Shown here piece by piece: positions 46,677 through 55,990 of a stretch of 64,000 bases of DNA. Both the position numbers and the translations under genes were made by a program. A model generated the notes under the pieces. It was given only the letters and a program-made list of their open reading frames with translations, was not told the origin of the DNA and did not search any database. The DNA is taken from the IMG/VR virus record IMGVR_UViG_3300036766_002181, positions 62,001 through 126,000 of that record; one strand, written 5' to 3'. How positions within the stretch are numbered: the stretch's first letter is position 1; each line of letters starts with the position of its first letter.

Positions 46677-49600
46677 TTATACGAAACTGGTCCCGGACCT
46701 AGTTATGACAAAATTCATATCAATAAATTCTACTGATCTAACCGGCTTTAAAACAATTCGACAATTGATTTTATGAGCATTGATATCTGCATCAGAATTG
46801 TTCGAACTATCGCAGATAATCTTAAAAGTCTGGATTCCTTGTCTAATTTGAACGCTTGTCATTACTGAATTAATTTGATTTTTTAATTGATCCCTCAAGT
46901 CAGGAGTAATGTTTTCCCAAATTAGGCGATTTCCAATATCGATAACCTGGCGCTTAAGATCATTAAGCATTCTTACAACGTTTACGCTACCAAGAGCAGA
47001 CTCTTGCTGCTCTAAAGTATTTTGTGAAAATATGACATAACCTTCTCTTGGGAATTTAACAATTGGGTTGATATGAGCCGAGAAAAGTCTATTTCTTTCT
47101 GGCTGGGTGATTCTCGTGGTTGTTCTTTTAACAAAATCAAGAGCAGCTCTGTTAAACCCTGCGGGTGCAAACCAGGGATAGGCAACCCTATCGTTGAAGG
47201 CAAGAGCAGATACGGCTGCCACAGAAGCAGGAGCGGTTACTCTTCTTCCATTTGCCTCGTCGTCCATAACAATTTCTGGGAAATAAGAAGCCACGAATTC
47301 ATTATCAATTGCCCTGCCTTCAAGGGCATTTGCAGTTTTCTGTGGATCTGGAAAAATTCCAGTTTCTCCATCAAAAACTCTTTCGCCTGCGGCGTTATAG
47401 TTTGGAACATCCATTACATATAATGCCAGACCATAATCTCTAACCTTGTCGGCATAAAAATCGGTTACAAGTGGATCTCTCTGTCCCGGCACAGCAACCA
47501 CATTAACATTAGATGCCATTGCATCTGTAATAATCTTGGCCGATTCTCTATATGAGGCAACCGTATTATTGGCTATTCCTACTCCGTTTTGATTAAAATC
47601 AAATCCGGGAGAAATAAATGAGCCGTTAACATTTCCTAGAGTACCATCTGTTCTGTCTTCTGTTGAAGAGGCTCTATCGTCATAGGTGGCAGCATGCTTG
47701 TCAAGAATGTTTGCCCCATCAAACCCGCCTTGAAGAACCAGAGTAAATTTAGCAAATTGTGAAAATGCATTAAAGGTAGCAGCAGTTGCTCCCTTGTTAA
47801 CAAGAGTGGCAAAGGTAATCCTGTTGGTTGCATCGTCTGCATCTGTAATCATATAGTTTGTTACGTCAGGAATACCGTTTCTTATATAGGCAGCTTCCTT
47901 AATGTGCGCTTCAGCAGAAGAGGTTAAATCATTTAAACTGGTATTACCAAATGCAACCTTGGCCAGGGTAAACTTGTGATTGTGGAATCTATCCTGATTC
48001 ATAGAACTCGTTACGACAGCATCAAGCTCAGAAATTCCATTAAATTGAGTGTAGGCTGCAATAAGAGCATTTGGCTCTGTTACAGGATTTGGGTTTAGAA
48101 CATCCTTAATTCTTTCTAGTTTAACGCCCCAGAAGAATCTTCCGTCAACAATTTCAAAGTTGCCAGGAGCACCTTCTAGCTTACCAGCCTCTGTGGATAC
48201 TGCTCCACGGGTAATCTTAAATCTAAATGGAATTGGTGGTACAACGGCGGCCAACAACTCTGCATCTGCACCCGAAGTGCCAAGATTTGCATGCAATCTT
48301 TTGATATCTGCGAAATCAGCAAGAGAGCCAGATCGATCAAGCAATCTAGAGTTTGTGCTTAAAACTTCATAGCCTCTAAAGCCAAATGGAAGCGATTCGG
48401 CTGGAATCAATTTGCGCTCGACTTCATCTGAGGCAACAACCCGAACAACCTTTGATATGTTTGCATATCGGCCAGAAACGATAAGTCTACGGTCCTGCTC
48501 GTCTTCTGCATCAAAGTTATAAAAGGCTTTTCTGTCGCCAATCTTATGACAAATATAGTTTTCTGATTCAGGATCAAGATTCACATTATTAAATTGTTCA
48601 AGTATACTAATGTTCGTATCTGTATCCTCAAAGTCTCTTACAAGAACCGTAAATGTGCCAAACTTATATCTTGGATTTGAGGACTTCTTAATATCAGAGA
48701 TAGAAATCTTAAATTTCTTATTTGGAAAAGCCCCATCATCACGGGCTTCGAAATGGAAAAGATTGTGCTCGGTAATGCCAAAGGGCTGAGAAATAATTGA
48801 AGGAGTCTTTGCCTGTTTATATCTTGTATCAAATCTTCCAAAGGCATTTAAGAAAGGAAGACCCGTATCTCCTGAAAGATCGCTGGTCTGTGCAGAGCCA
48901 GAAGCAATAACAACATCTCCGCTGCTTGTTCCTACGCTTGCAACGGCGTCATCTACGGCGAAGTTTGCATAAACAACGTGCTTATATGTGCTAAATTGTT
49001 CTGGATCGGTGTTAAGTACCTTGGCAAAATAATCATCATTTGAAGGATCAAGAGAGGCGGTTACAATTCTAATTCCAGGATTTCCTTCATCGGCGGCAAA
49101 GCTTGCACCCAAGGAACAAGAAATAACAATCTTAAACTTTTTGGTTGTACTGTTTGCGGTCGCAGCATCATCTGCACCAATGGCCCAGGATTCATCATGA
49201 TCAAGAACCTGAATTCTTGTATCATTGGCCGTAAAGATAACGCCTCTTACAAGACGAGCATCTGAGCCAGAAAGACTGGTATTATGTGAAAATCCTGCCT
49301 GTCCAAAAGATTCACTCACTGAAATCTCGTGTCTTGCCACAAGAAACTGAACGGCACCATGAATTGGCTCTGAAGCCAAGGAGGCACTAACCTTAAAGCC
49401 GGCATTTACAACCGTTCCCTGTGTTCTTGTTGTTTCTATATCATCGGCGGTTGTGTTGCCACCAGCCCCCAAAACACGCACGAAAGTAAGGGCAGACCTA
49501 CTGTTGAGATGTTCGATTACAGCATAGGGAGCAGCAAATCTTGGGTTTAAATTGCCAAATCTTGTTTTAAAATCAGGAAAGGAACCAACCGTAACCGGAA

Positions 49601-49727
49601 CGAAGGCAGGGCCTCTTTCTGAGGCCCCTATGATACCCGCAGGAATACCAACTGGCTCTTGAACTTCGGCACTTAAGTCAACTTCTGTAGAAAAAAAGCC
49701 TGGAAATTTAAACACTTGACTCGTCAT
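46677..49727 (-). CDS. Tail sheath protein (copy 2)
   Basis: FPGFFSTEVD, GASERGPAFVP, VRVLG, GGFDG, AVPG, PWFAPAGFNRA, INP, VNVVRML. Confidence 0.95.
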   Translation of the reverse strand: MTSQVFKFPGFFSTEVDLSAEVQEPVGIPAGIIGASERGPAFVPVTVGSFPDFKTRFGNLNPRFAAPYAVIEHLNSRSALTFVRVLGAGGNTTADDIETTRTQGTVVNAGFKVSASLASEPIHGAVQFLVARHEISVSESFGQAGFSHNTSLSGSDARLVRGVIFTANDTRIQVLDHDESWAIGADDAATANSTTKKFKIVISCSLGASFAADEGNPGIRIVTASLDPSNDDYFAKVLNTDPEQFSTYKHVVYANFAVDDAVASVGTSSGDVVIASGSAQTSDLSGDTGLPFLNAFGRFDTRYKQAKTPSIISQPFGITEHNLFHFEARDDGAFPNKKFKISISDIKKSSNPRYKFGTFTVLVRDFEDTDTNISILEQFNNVNLDPESENYICHKIGDRKAFYNFDAEDEQDRRLIVSGRYANISKVVRVVASDEVERKLIPAESLPFGFRGYEVLSTNSRLLDRSGSLADFADIKRLHANLGTSGADAELLAAVVPPIPFRFKITRGAVSTEAGKLEGAPGNFEIVDGRFFWGVKLERIKDVLNPNPVTEPNALIAAYTQFNGISELDAVVTSSMNQDRFHNHKFTLAKVAFGNTSLNDLTSSAEAHIKEAAYIRNGIPDVTNYMITDADDATNRITFATLVNKGATAATFNAFSQFAKFTLVLQGGFDGANILDKHAATYDDRASSTEDRTDGTLGNVNGSFISPGFDFNQNGVGIANNTVASYRESAKIITDAMASNVNVVAVPGQRDPLVTDFYADKVRDYGLALYVMDVPNYNAAGERVFDGETGIFPDPQKTANALEGRAIDNEFVASYFPEIVMDDEANGRRVTAPASVAAVSALAFNDRVAYPWFAPAGFNRAALDFVKRTTTRITQPERNRLFSAHINPIVKFPREGYVIFSQNTLEQQESALGSVNVVRMLNDLKRQVIDIGNRLIWENITPDLRDQLKNQINSVMTSVQIRQGIQTFKIICDSSNNSDADINAHKINCRIVLKPVRSVEFIDMNFVITRSGTSFV

Positions 49728-49829
49728 TATTTATTAACCTCTTTTAAAGATAAAATTAGATTATTGCTAATTCTTAAATAGGTTCCCAAATATTGAAATT
49801 CGTGTTATTTCTTTTTGTATTCTTTATAT

Positions 49830-51035
49830 TTAAGGAGTTTTTAAAAACTCATCCAGGGTTTCTTGGTCTGAGGCATAAAACACCGTTTCTCCCTTTTTTT
49901 GGTTTGATTCTAAGATAGAAACTGTCTTTTTAATAAGCCTGCCTGTCCTTGGATCCAATATCTCTTTGTGAGAGGCATATCTCTGAAGAGTGGTAGAAGT
50001 TTGCCTTCCTTCTTCTGCCTGATCAATATCATTTAAAACATATTTGTCTTTATTTTCTAGGGCCTCATTTTTTTCAAGATGCGATTTTGGTATAATGTCA
50101 GCCGTTGGAAAAGTATCAAAAACCACGACAGGAGATAACACCTCTCTGCGAATTGGAACCATTCCTGTTTCTGGATTCGGGGCCAGAATAAAACCCTTAA
50201 TTGTTACCTCAAAGGTGTATCTCAAAATCCTGGAATCCTCAGAAAAGTCATCAAGATTATCAGAACCAGAAAAACTGTCCCCAACATAGGCCATAAACCA
50301 ATAACCCTTATCAGTGGTCAATTTATATCCCCTAACCTGCGGCAAGAATGAGCCAACAAGGGTTTCAATTAGATAATTCATGTGTTGGGTATAGCTGGTC
50401 CAAAAAACAACCTCATAGGTTGTTGTAAAGAATTGAGGTTGTGGAATTGTTATAATTTCCCACATATTGTTTCCTAGCCTTGGGCTTAAAAGACCACCAG
50501 AGGCAATCTCTGGATCTCTTCCTGCCTCGCCCTGATTGGCTCTCAGGGAGGATCTCCGTGAATTGTCCATATTCTTTAAGGCCAATTTATTGATAAAGTT
50601 TTGATAATCTAGATCCTGCTCCTTTGTAATTCTTCTTTTTATTCTTAATGTGCCAGTAAATTGGTTTATTCCTCGGCCATTAATATCCTCTGAAGTTTGG
50701 GTAAATGATTTTCGTCTAATTGATATGGCAGGAAGCATTATCTGCTTATTCCTATCTCTTGGCGGGCGAAGACGCTTGGCCACGGCAAAACGTTCCCCTG
50801 TGGCGAATATAACAAATGGCTTTTTTATGGCTATTTTCTTATTTGCCGAGGCAATATTTTTTGCTGAAAATCCTATGTCCTTGTCAAACAGATTAAAAAG
50901 AGCAACATCTGCATCTTCGATTCCGGCCGGTGCGATGGCAAAGTCTGTTACAGGAGAATCTCCCTCATATCCCGAATCTAGGTGTGGTTCTGGATTTCTG
51001 GGATCCCTCTCTATCGTCTGTCTGGTTGTGGCCAT
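49830..51035 (-). CDS. Tail completion / sheath stabiliser (T4 gp15-like)
   Basis: IEDADVALF, LPAISIRR, IPQPQFFTTTYEVVFWT..MN..IE; position next to the sheath. Confidence 0.75.
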   Translation of the reverse strand: MATTRQTIERDPRNPEPHLDSGYEGDSPVTDFAIAPAGIEDADVALFNLFDKDIGFSAKNIASANKKIAIKKPFVIFATGERFAVAKRLRPPRDRNKQIMLPAISIRRKSFTQTSEDINGRGINQFTGTLRIKRRITKEQDLDYQNFINKLALKNMDNSRRSSLRANQGEAGRDPEIASGGLLSPRLGNNMWEIITIPQPQFFTTTYEVVFWTSYTQHMNYLIETLVGSFLPQVRGYKLTTDKGYWFMAYVGDSFSGSDNLDDFSEDSRILRYTFEVTIKGFILAPNPETGMVPIRREVLSPVVVFDTFPTADIIPKSHLEKNEALENKDKYVLNDIDQAEEGRQTSTTLQRYASHKEILDPRTGRLIKKTVSILESNQKKGETVFYASDQETLDEFLKTP

Positions 51036-51054
51036 TTATTAATAAATAGAGATA

Positions 51055-52818
51055 TTAACCGTTATAGTGTAATTGATAAACTTCACGAGAAAGACCATAA
51101 TCAAGCAAAACAACCCTGCCGTCTGCTGTCTTGCCCCAGTGTTCTATGGTCCTTAGATCTCCATTGAGCAGTCCTGTGTCTTCCATGAGATACAAAATAC
51201 TTTGAAAGAATTTATTGTGAATTCTACGAGGATGTTTGGCGAACTCTTCTCTGCCGCCTAGCCTATCTGGAAACTTTGTTACATAAAACAAATCTGCAAC
51301 ATCCTGCTCAAAATCCAGTCCTGTTAATTTTTGGAATTCATTATAATCTGTTATTGGTCTAACAATTTCAGAAACTAACCACTGAAACTTTGGATCATAA
51401 TCGTAAATCTTGGCAACAACCGGCTTTGTTTTGGGATTGGTAAAAACATCTACTTCTGTTTCGTTTTGGGCCAGGCCTCTTGCTCCCTTTGCCCACTTTA
51501 AAACGCTTTTATTATCAACAAGATAAACTCTTCTGGCACTTCCACTGTTAAGAAAGGTTCCGTGTCTTTTAAGATAAAGTTCTTGTACCTCTTCTTTTGA
51601 GAAATGCACAGCATCTCCTGCCGACTGTAAATTTTTAAACCTTTGCAAATCAAGAAATTTCTTTTCCAAAAGAAAAGAACCATAGGCTTCTCTTAGGCCT
51701 TTTGGAAGCCGGGCAGATTCTTCTACTGTCTGTTTACCATTGTTATTTATTCTCCGTCTTAGCTCTTCGTTGCCACCTTCAACGGCAATGCCATAATCCA
51801 ATACAACCAATCTTCCATCTGCCGTTTTACCCCAATGTCCGATATAGGTAAGTTCCGAAGCGTATATACCAACATCTGTAATGAAACTAACAATCTTTTT
51901 TAAAAAAGAATTGTCTTTATATCTGTTGAGCACGCGGCCGAGGCTCTCTTGTTGCCAACAGACGGCATTAAATTCTTCAAAAGGAATTCCTGTTAAAATT
52001 TCAAAGTCCCGGTCGCTTGTTAATTCTTTTACCAACTCAGAAACAAGCCATCTAGGACGTTCAAAGTTTGTATCATAATCAAAAATCCTCGTTACAAGAT
52101 CTTTTGTTTTTGGATTTGTAAACACGTCTAGCTCGGCCTGGTTTTGTCTTAATCCAAACTTGTTATAGGCAAACTTTAAAACCTTGTTGTTTGAAAGCAT
52201 ATAGGTTTCCCTTGAAGAGCCCTGACCAAGATATGCCTCTTTTGGAACTCTATGTGCCAAATAGTATTGTTGATCCTCCCAATTTATTATTTTCTTAAAC
52301 TCATTAAAATCAAAGAATTTTTTCCCTTCATTTATAACAACGGGAAAATAAACCTCTCTTAGTGAGAGCACCTCTTGCTGTGTCACCGTCGCAATTGGCT
52401 CATTAAAACCTTTTGTGTTATAATGATATGGCGCAAGCTGTTGCCCTGTAAGAACATGGGCAAAGTCATTATTTTTGTCTCTATTTGGTTCGTCTCCTGA
52501 ATAAAGATTTGGTGTAGACATAAGCTTACTATAGGCAGCATAGACAGCCTTGTGAAGCTTCTCGCTGGTCAGGGATTGGGTTGTATAGGTTGCCATGCTC
52601 CCAAGCTCTTCCATGACGCCCAGACGAAGCTCGTTCATAACAACCTTTCTAAGATCCAAGCCAAGTCTTTTTGCTATATTCTCTACAAACTCTTCTGTTA
52701 TCGTTTTTGGATTAAGGGGGCGGATTCCTGGATTTGCCAGTCCCATGCCAAGATCATCTCGATTGGTAGCCTGCATGTCTTGCTCTAAATAGATCAATAG
52801 TTGGCCCAAATTATTCAT
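51055..52818 (-). CDS. Tandem double atypical protein-kinase-like protein
   Basis: Two copies of L.(Q/S)GS.R..Y..VLK.A..QN..E..VFTNPKTK..WLVSE..HWGKTADGR.V.LDYG; start probably MNNLGQ at 52818. Confidence 0.8.
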   Translation of the reverse strand: MNNLGQLLIYLEQDMQATNRDDLGMGLANPGIRPLNPKTITEEFVENIAKRLGLDLRKVVMNELRLGVMEELGSMATYTTQSLTSEKLHKAVYAAYSKLMSTPNLYSGDEPNRDKNNDFAHVLTGQQLAPYHYNTKGFNEPIATVTQQEVLSLREVYFPVVINEGKKFFDFNEFKKIINWEDQQYYLAHRVPKEAYLGQGSSRETYMLSNNKVLKFAYNKFGLRQNQAELDVFTNPKTKDLVTRIFDYDTNFERPRWLVSELVKELTSDRDFEILTGIPFEEFNAVCWQQESLGRVLNRYKDNSFLKKIVSFITDVGIYASELTYIGHWGKTADGRLVVLDYGIAVEGGNEELRRRINNNGKQTVEESARLPKGLREAYGSFLLEKKFLDLQRFKNLQSAGDAVHFSKEEVQELYLKRHGTFLNSGSARRVYLVDNKSVLKWAKGARGLAQNETEVDVFTNPKTKPVVAKIYDYDPKFQWLVSEIVRPITDYNEFQKLTGLDFEQDVADLFYVTKFPDRLGGREEFAKHPRRIHNKFFQSILYLMEDTGLLNGDLRTIEHWGKTADGRVVLLDYGLSREVYQLHYNG

Positions 52819-53524
52819 TATAGAATCCATTATTGCCCTGTTCCTCAAAGGCTTCATCCTTTGGATTTCCAAGATCATCCTTCTTTTCTGTGTCTATTTT
52901 TCTTGGGCCATCTCCAAGGGCAATCTCGGCCATATCATTGCCAAGGTGCTCTCGAATCTCTCTCTTGTCTGCCGTAGGCCCCTCTTCGGTTTCTGGGAGG
53001 CCCCTCTGTTGAACAAACTTATTTTGAACCTGGCTATCATTAAAGTTTTTGCTTTTAAACAAAAGCTCCTTAAATGTCTCTATATCAAACTGACCGACTC
53101 TTGATAGCTTGCCGGTTACCTTAACCGCCTTATCATATTCGACCTGGCCATAGATGTTGTCTACGTCTATTGCATTCAATATTTCATAAACCTCTTCACC
53201 ATAAACAAAGAAGTCACCAGAGGTAACAGAAATATCTTTATCAACCAAGTCTCTTGTTTGAATATAAAGCTCAATTGAAGTATCTCCTTCCATGCCAAAG
53301 GCATTCCACTTGGCAGATCTCGTTGGCTGGCCGGCAAGAACATCAAGCTTTATTGGGTTCTCAAAAATCTTTTCAATTGCCTCCTCATAAACCTCATGAA
53401 CCCTTGTCTGAAGCATAGAGATGGGAAAATAAACAATGTATTGGCCAATTACATCTTTTACTAACTCCCTGTTAATATCAGATATAAAATTTTGTTCTTT
53501 AGAACCTATGAATAATCTTGCCAT
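52811..53524 (-). CDS. Neck/head-closure protein (T4 gp14-like)
   Basis: INRELVKDVIGQ..VYFPI, YEEAIEK.F..P, GDFFVYG..VYEI, YGQ; position between gp13-like and gp15-like genes. Confidence 0.8.
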   Translation of the reverse strand: MARLFIGSKEQNFISDINRELVKDVIGQYIVYFPISMLQTRVHEVYEEAIEKIFENPIKLDVLAGQPTRSAKWNAFGMEGDTSIELYIQTRDLVDKDISVTSGDFFVYGEEVYEILNAIDVDNIYGQVEYDKAVKVTGKLSRVGQFDIETFKELLFKSKNFNDSQVQNKFVQQRGLPETEEGPTADKREIREHLGNDMAEIALGDGPRKIDTEKKDDLGNPKDEAFEEQGNNGFYNE

Positions 53525-53559
53525 TTTTTAATTCATTTTCATGTTACATGCAGGACATT

Positions 53560-54645
53560 TTAAAACAAAACCCAGCCTCGATATTTGCCATGTTTCTTTT
53601 TGCCACGTATAAGCTGGCGCAAATTGTGTCTCTCAAGACTGTGTTTCTGACAAATCTCAACTATTGAGTAGCCTTCTACCACTTCTCCCAGCGGAGACAA
53701 AAGTCTTGTCAGAGAGCGGGCTTCAATAGTGTTTAAACAATTGCTTTGATTCCATTCCTCATTATTATAATTTTTATATCGAGTCCAGCCTTTATAAAAC
53801 CACAGACTTTCTCTCGTTATGTCCCTAACCTTTGTTTCAGACAGATTATTTTCATTGGCAAAATCTTGAAGATTTGTTATATTTTTGTAAAGAATACCAC
53901 CTGGCGAAAGAAGATTTGCATTTTGAAAACCTTTGAAATTTCTTGTGTCCTTTCCAACAAAATCAAGTTCTTTTAGAATTGGCCTTGAACAAACCAGCTT
54001 ATGCTTTTCTTTTATATTCTCCAATAATGCCTGTCGGCGCTTTTCTATAGCCTCTTTTGAATGAGTCTTTTCATGCCTATCAGGATCTTCTTGCCACATT
54101 TTTTTGAGCATTTCAGATGTGGCTTGTTTTCTTTTTTCATTGCCTTTCCATTGTTCCTTTCGAATTTCTGAAAGATTTTTTCTATGTTCCTCTGTTTGCG
54201 CAAGTCTATTATTTTCCATCATTTTCTTTCGAATTTCTGGGTTTGCCCAATTGGCAAGAGCAACTGCCGATATTTTTTTGCTTGTTTCTTCAGGTGTTTT
54301 TGAATAACAAGAACGGCCTTCTCCTTTTGATTGTTTTTTGAAGTTATAGCACAGGGCTTGTTTGTCATAATATTTTTCAATATATGATTCCTCAATCAAA
54401 AGCCTATCTTCTTGTGGTCCTTCTACTGTCTCCAAAATATGAAATTCAAATGCCTCTTCTCCGCATTTGTTAAAATCATTCTGAAGAAACTTGTTGTGGT
54501 GGGTTCCCTTTCTTAGGGATTTTAAATGGGCATTGCCACGAGATTTAAACTCTTTTGCAGAACCAACATAAATGCGACCATTTATTATATTAACGATTTT
54601 ATAAACTCCTGACTTAAGAGAATTTCCTTCATATAAAAATTTCAT
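53560..54645 (-). mobile_element. Free-standing GIY-YIG homing endonuclease between the two neck genes
   Basis: SGVYKIVNIINGRIYVGSA, HHNKFLQNDFNK; duplicated C-terminal LLSP.G...GW DNA-binding module. Confidence 0.9.
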
Positions 54646-54721
54646 TTTGATTTTTGTTTTCCTATGATTGTTAAGATGGTTGTTTTTTTAGCCTAGCATG
54701 TGAAGGGGACGTTTTAAACCG

Positions 54722-55990
54722 CTATGCAATCGTCAATGTAACATTTGGTGGCATCGGCACCATCAAAAGTTTCTTCATGTTGTTTTCTGCCAACGTTGCC
54801 TCCAGCTCTGCCAACTTGGCAAAGGTTAGGCTATCCAACTTTGCCGTGAGTCCTGTATCTCCTACCAACAGCCTCTCCTTGTCTTCTTTTGCCTGTGTAA
54901 GCAAGGACTCTGCATTCAGCTTAAGTTCTGCTCCACCAATTGGTATTGTATCTATTTTTCCTCTTACTCTTCCCAGAATCTCTGTACAAAGAGCAAAGGT
55001 GTATTGAAAGATCCAGTTCTTGGCCCAAGGGTTTAGACTTGAATAATTGATAAGACCAAAGGGAATATTGGCAGGGCTGTTAACCCCAAACATGGTATCA
55101 TCTGGAATGTTAATTCCGCCCATACCTCCAATGCTACCAGAAACGCCCATTGCATTTGCAAGGATCTCTGATGTGGGTGATGCAGGAAAGCCAACTCTAA
55201 TCCAGACCCTATTGTTTATTCTTTCTACGGCCGGCCTTGGAATAGGAAAAATACGAATATCCCTACCTGATATTCTATATCGATAATGAGATCTCCTAAC
55301 CCTTTGAGCCTCCTTTAACATACTTGCTCTAAGAACGTCCTCGAAGATCGGCAAGATATAAAATCTTGTATCTGGTATATAACTTTCTACAGGAAGGCCC
55401 GAGGCAATAAAGTTTGAAGCCAGGTTGCTGTTAAAAACATATTGAATTGGGGCGAAGTGAAACACCTCCAAGATTTTCATGACGCCTCTACTACCAGAAG
55501 GCATCTGACTGGCAATTGGCACTCCAGCCCCATCTACAAGATCTGTATATAAATCATAGTCCTGCTTGCCATCTATGAGAGTAATAGAGCCTGAAACCGA
55601 ACCCCTGCTTTGACCATAGCCAATTTCTGCCGAATAGGGTTCAACCTGACGAAGCAGGAATTCTAAATTTGGCTTAATATAATTGTTGGTTAGGTTTATT
55701 GATAGATTGGCCGTATTGGGATCATTTGGATCTACAGAGCCTGTTTGGGTTCCCAGAAGGCTTGTTAGGTTTGACTTGGCCTGATATTCAACTATGTTTG
55801 CATTGAATGTAAAGGTTGCCTCTTCAAAGCAACACCATATCATCTTCTTTGTTAGTTCAACGTTCAATACATCTTCTCCATGCTTCCTTAAGATATAGAA
55901 CACAATCTTGTCTGCGTCTTTTTGAAATACCGGGTCTTTATCAAAAAAACCGAAAGAAGTGGGCTTGATTGTCGAATTAAAGGAAGACAT
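54722..55990 (-). CDS. Neck/head-tail adaptor protein (T4 gp13-like)
   Basis: LRKHGEDVLNVELT, FEEA, QDYDL, WIFQY..AL..EILG.VRGK...IP; start MSSFNS at 55990. Confidence 0.85.
   Translation of the reverse strand: MSSFNSTIKPTSFGFFDKDPVFQKDADKIVFYILRKHGEDVLNVELTKKMIWCCFEEATFTFNANIVEYQAKSNLTSLLGTQTGSVDPNDPNTANLSINLTNNYIKPNLEFLLRQVEPYSAEIGYGQSRGSVSGSITLIDGKQDYDLYTDLVDGAGVPIASQMPSGSRGVMKILEVFHFAPIQYVFNSNLASNFIASGLPVESYIPDTRFYILPIFEDVLRASMLKEAQRVRRSHYRYRISGRDIRIFPIPRPAVERINNRVWIRVGFPASPTSEILANAMGVSGSIGGMGGINIPDDTMFGVNSPANIPFGLINYSSLNPWAKNWIFQYTFALCTEILGRVRGKIDTIPIGGAELKLNAESLLTQAKEDKERLLVGDTGLTAKLDSLTFAKLAELEATLAENNMKKLLMVPMPPNVTLTIA

Noticed and set aside
53560-54645. Group I intron hosting the GIY-YIG ORF (also considered for 39750-40847)
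   Set aside because: Flanking genes have natural termini and are complete, with too little non-coding sequence for an intron core; they are treated as free-standing.
39184-55990. Extracellular contractile injection system or prophage in a bacterial chromosome
   Set aside because: Neck proteins, homing endonucleases, PhoH, many phage-type small ORFs and the absence of housekeeping operons point to a free large phage; no integrase or att site was seen.
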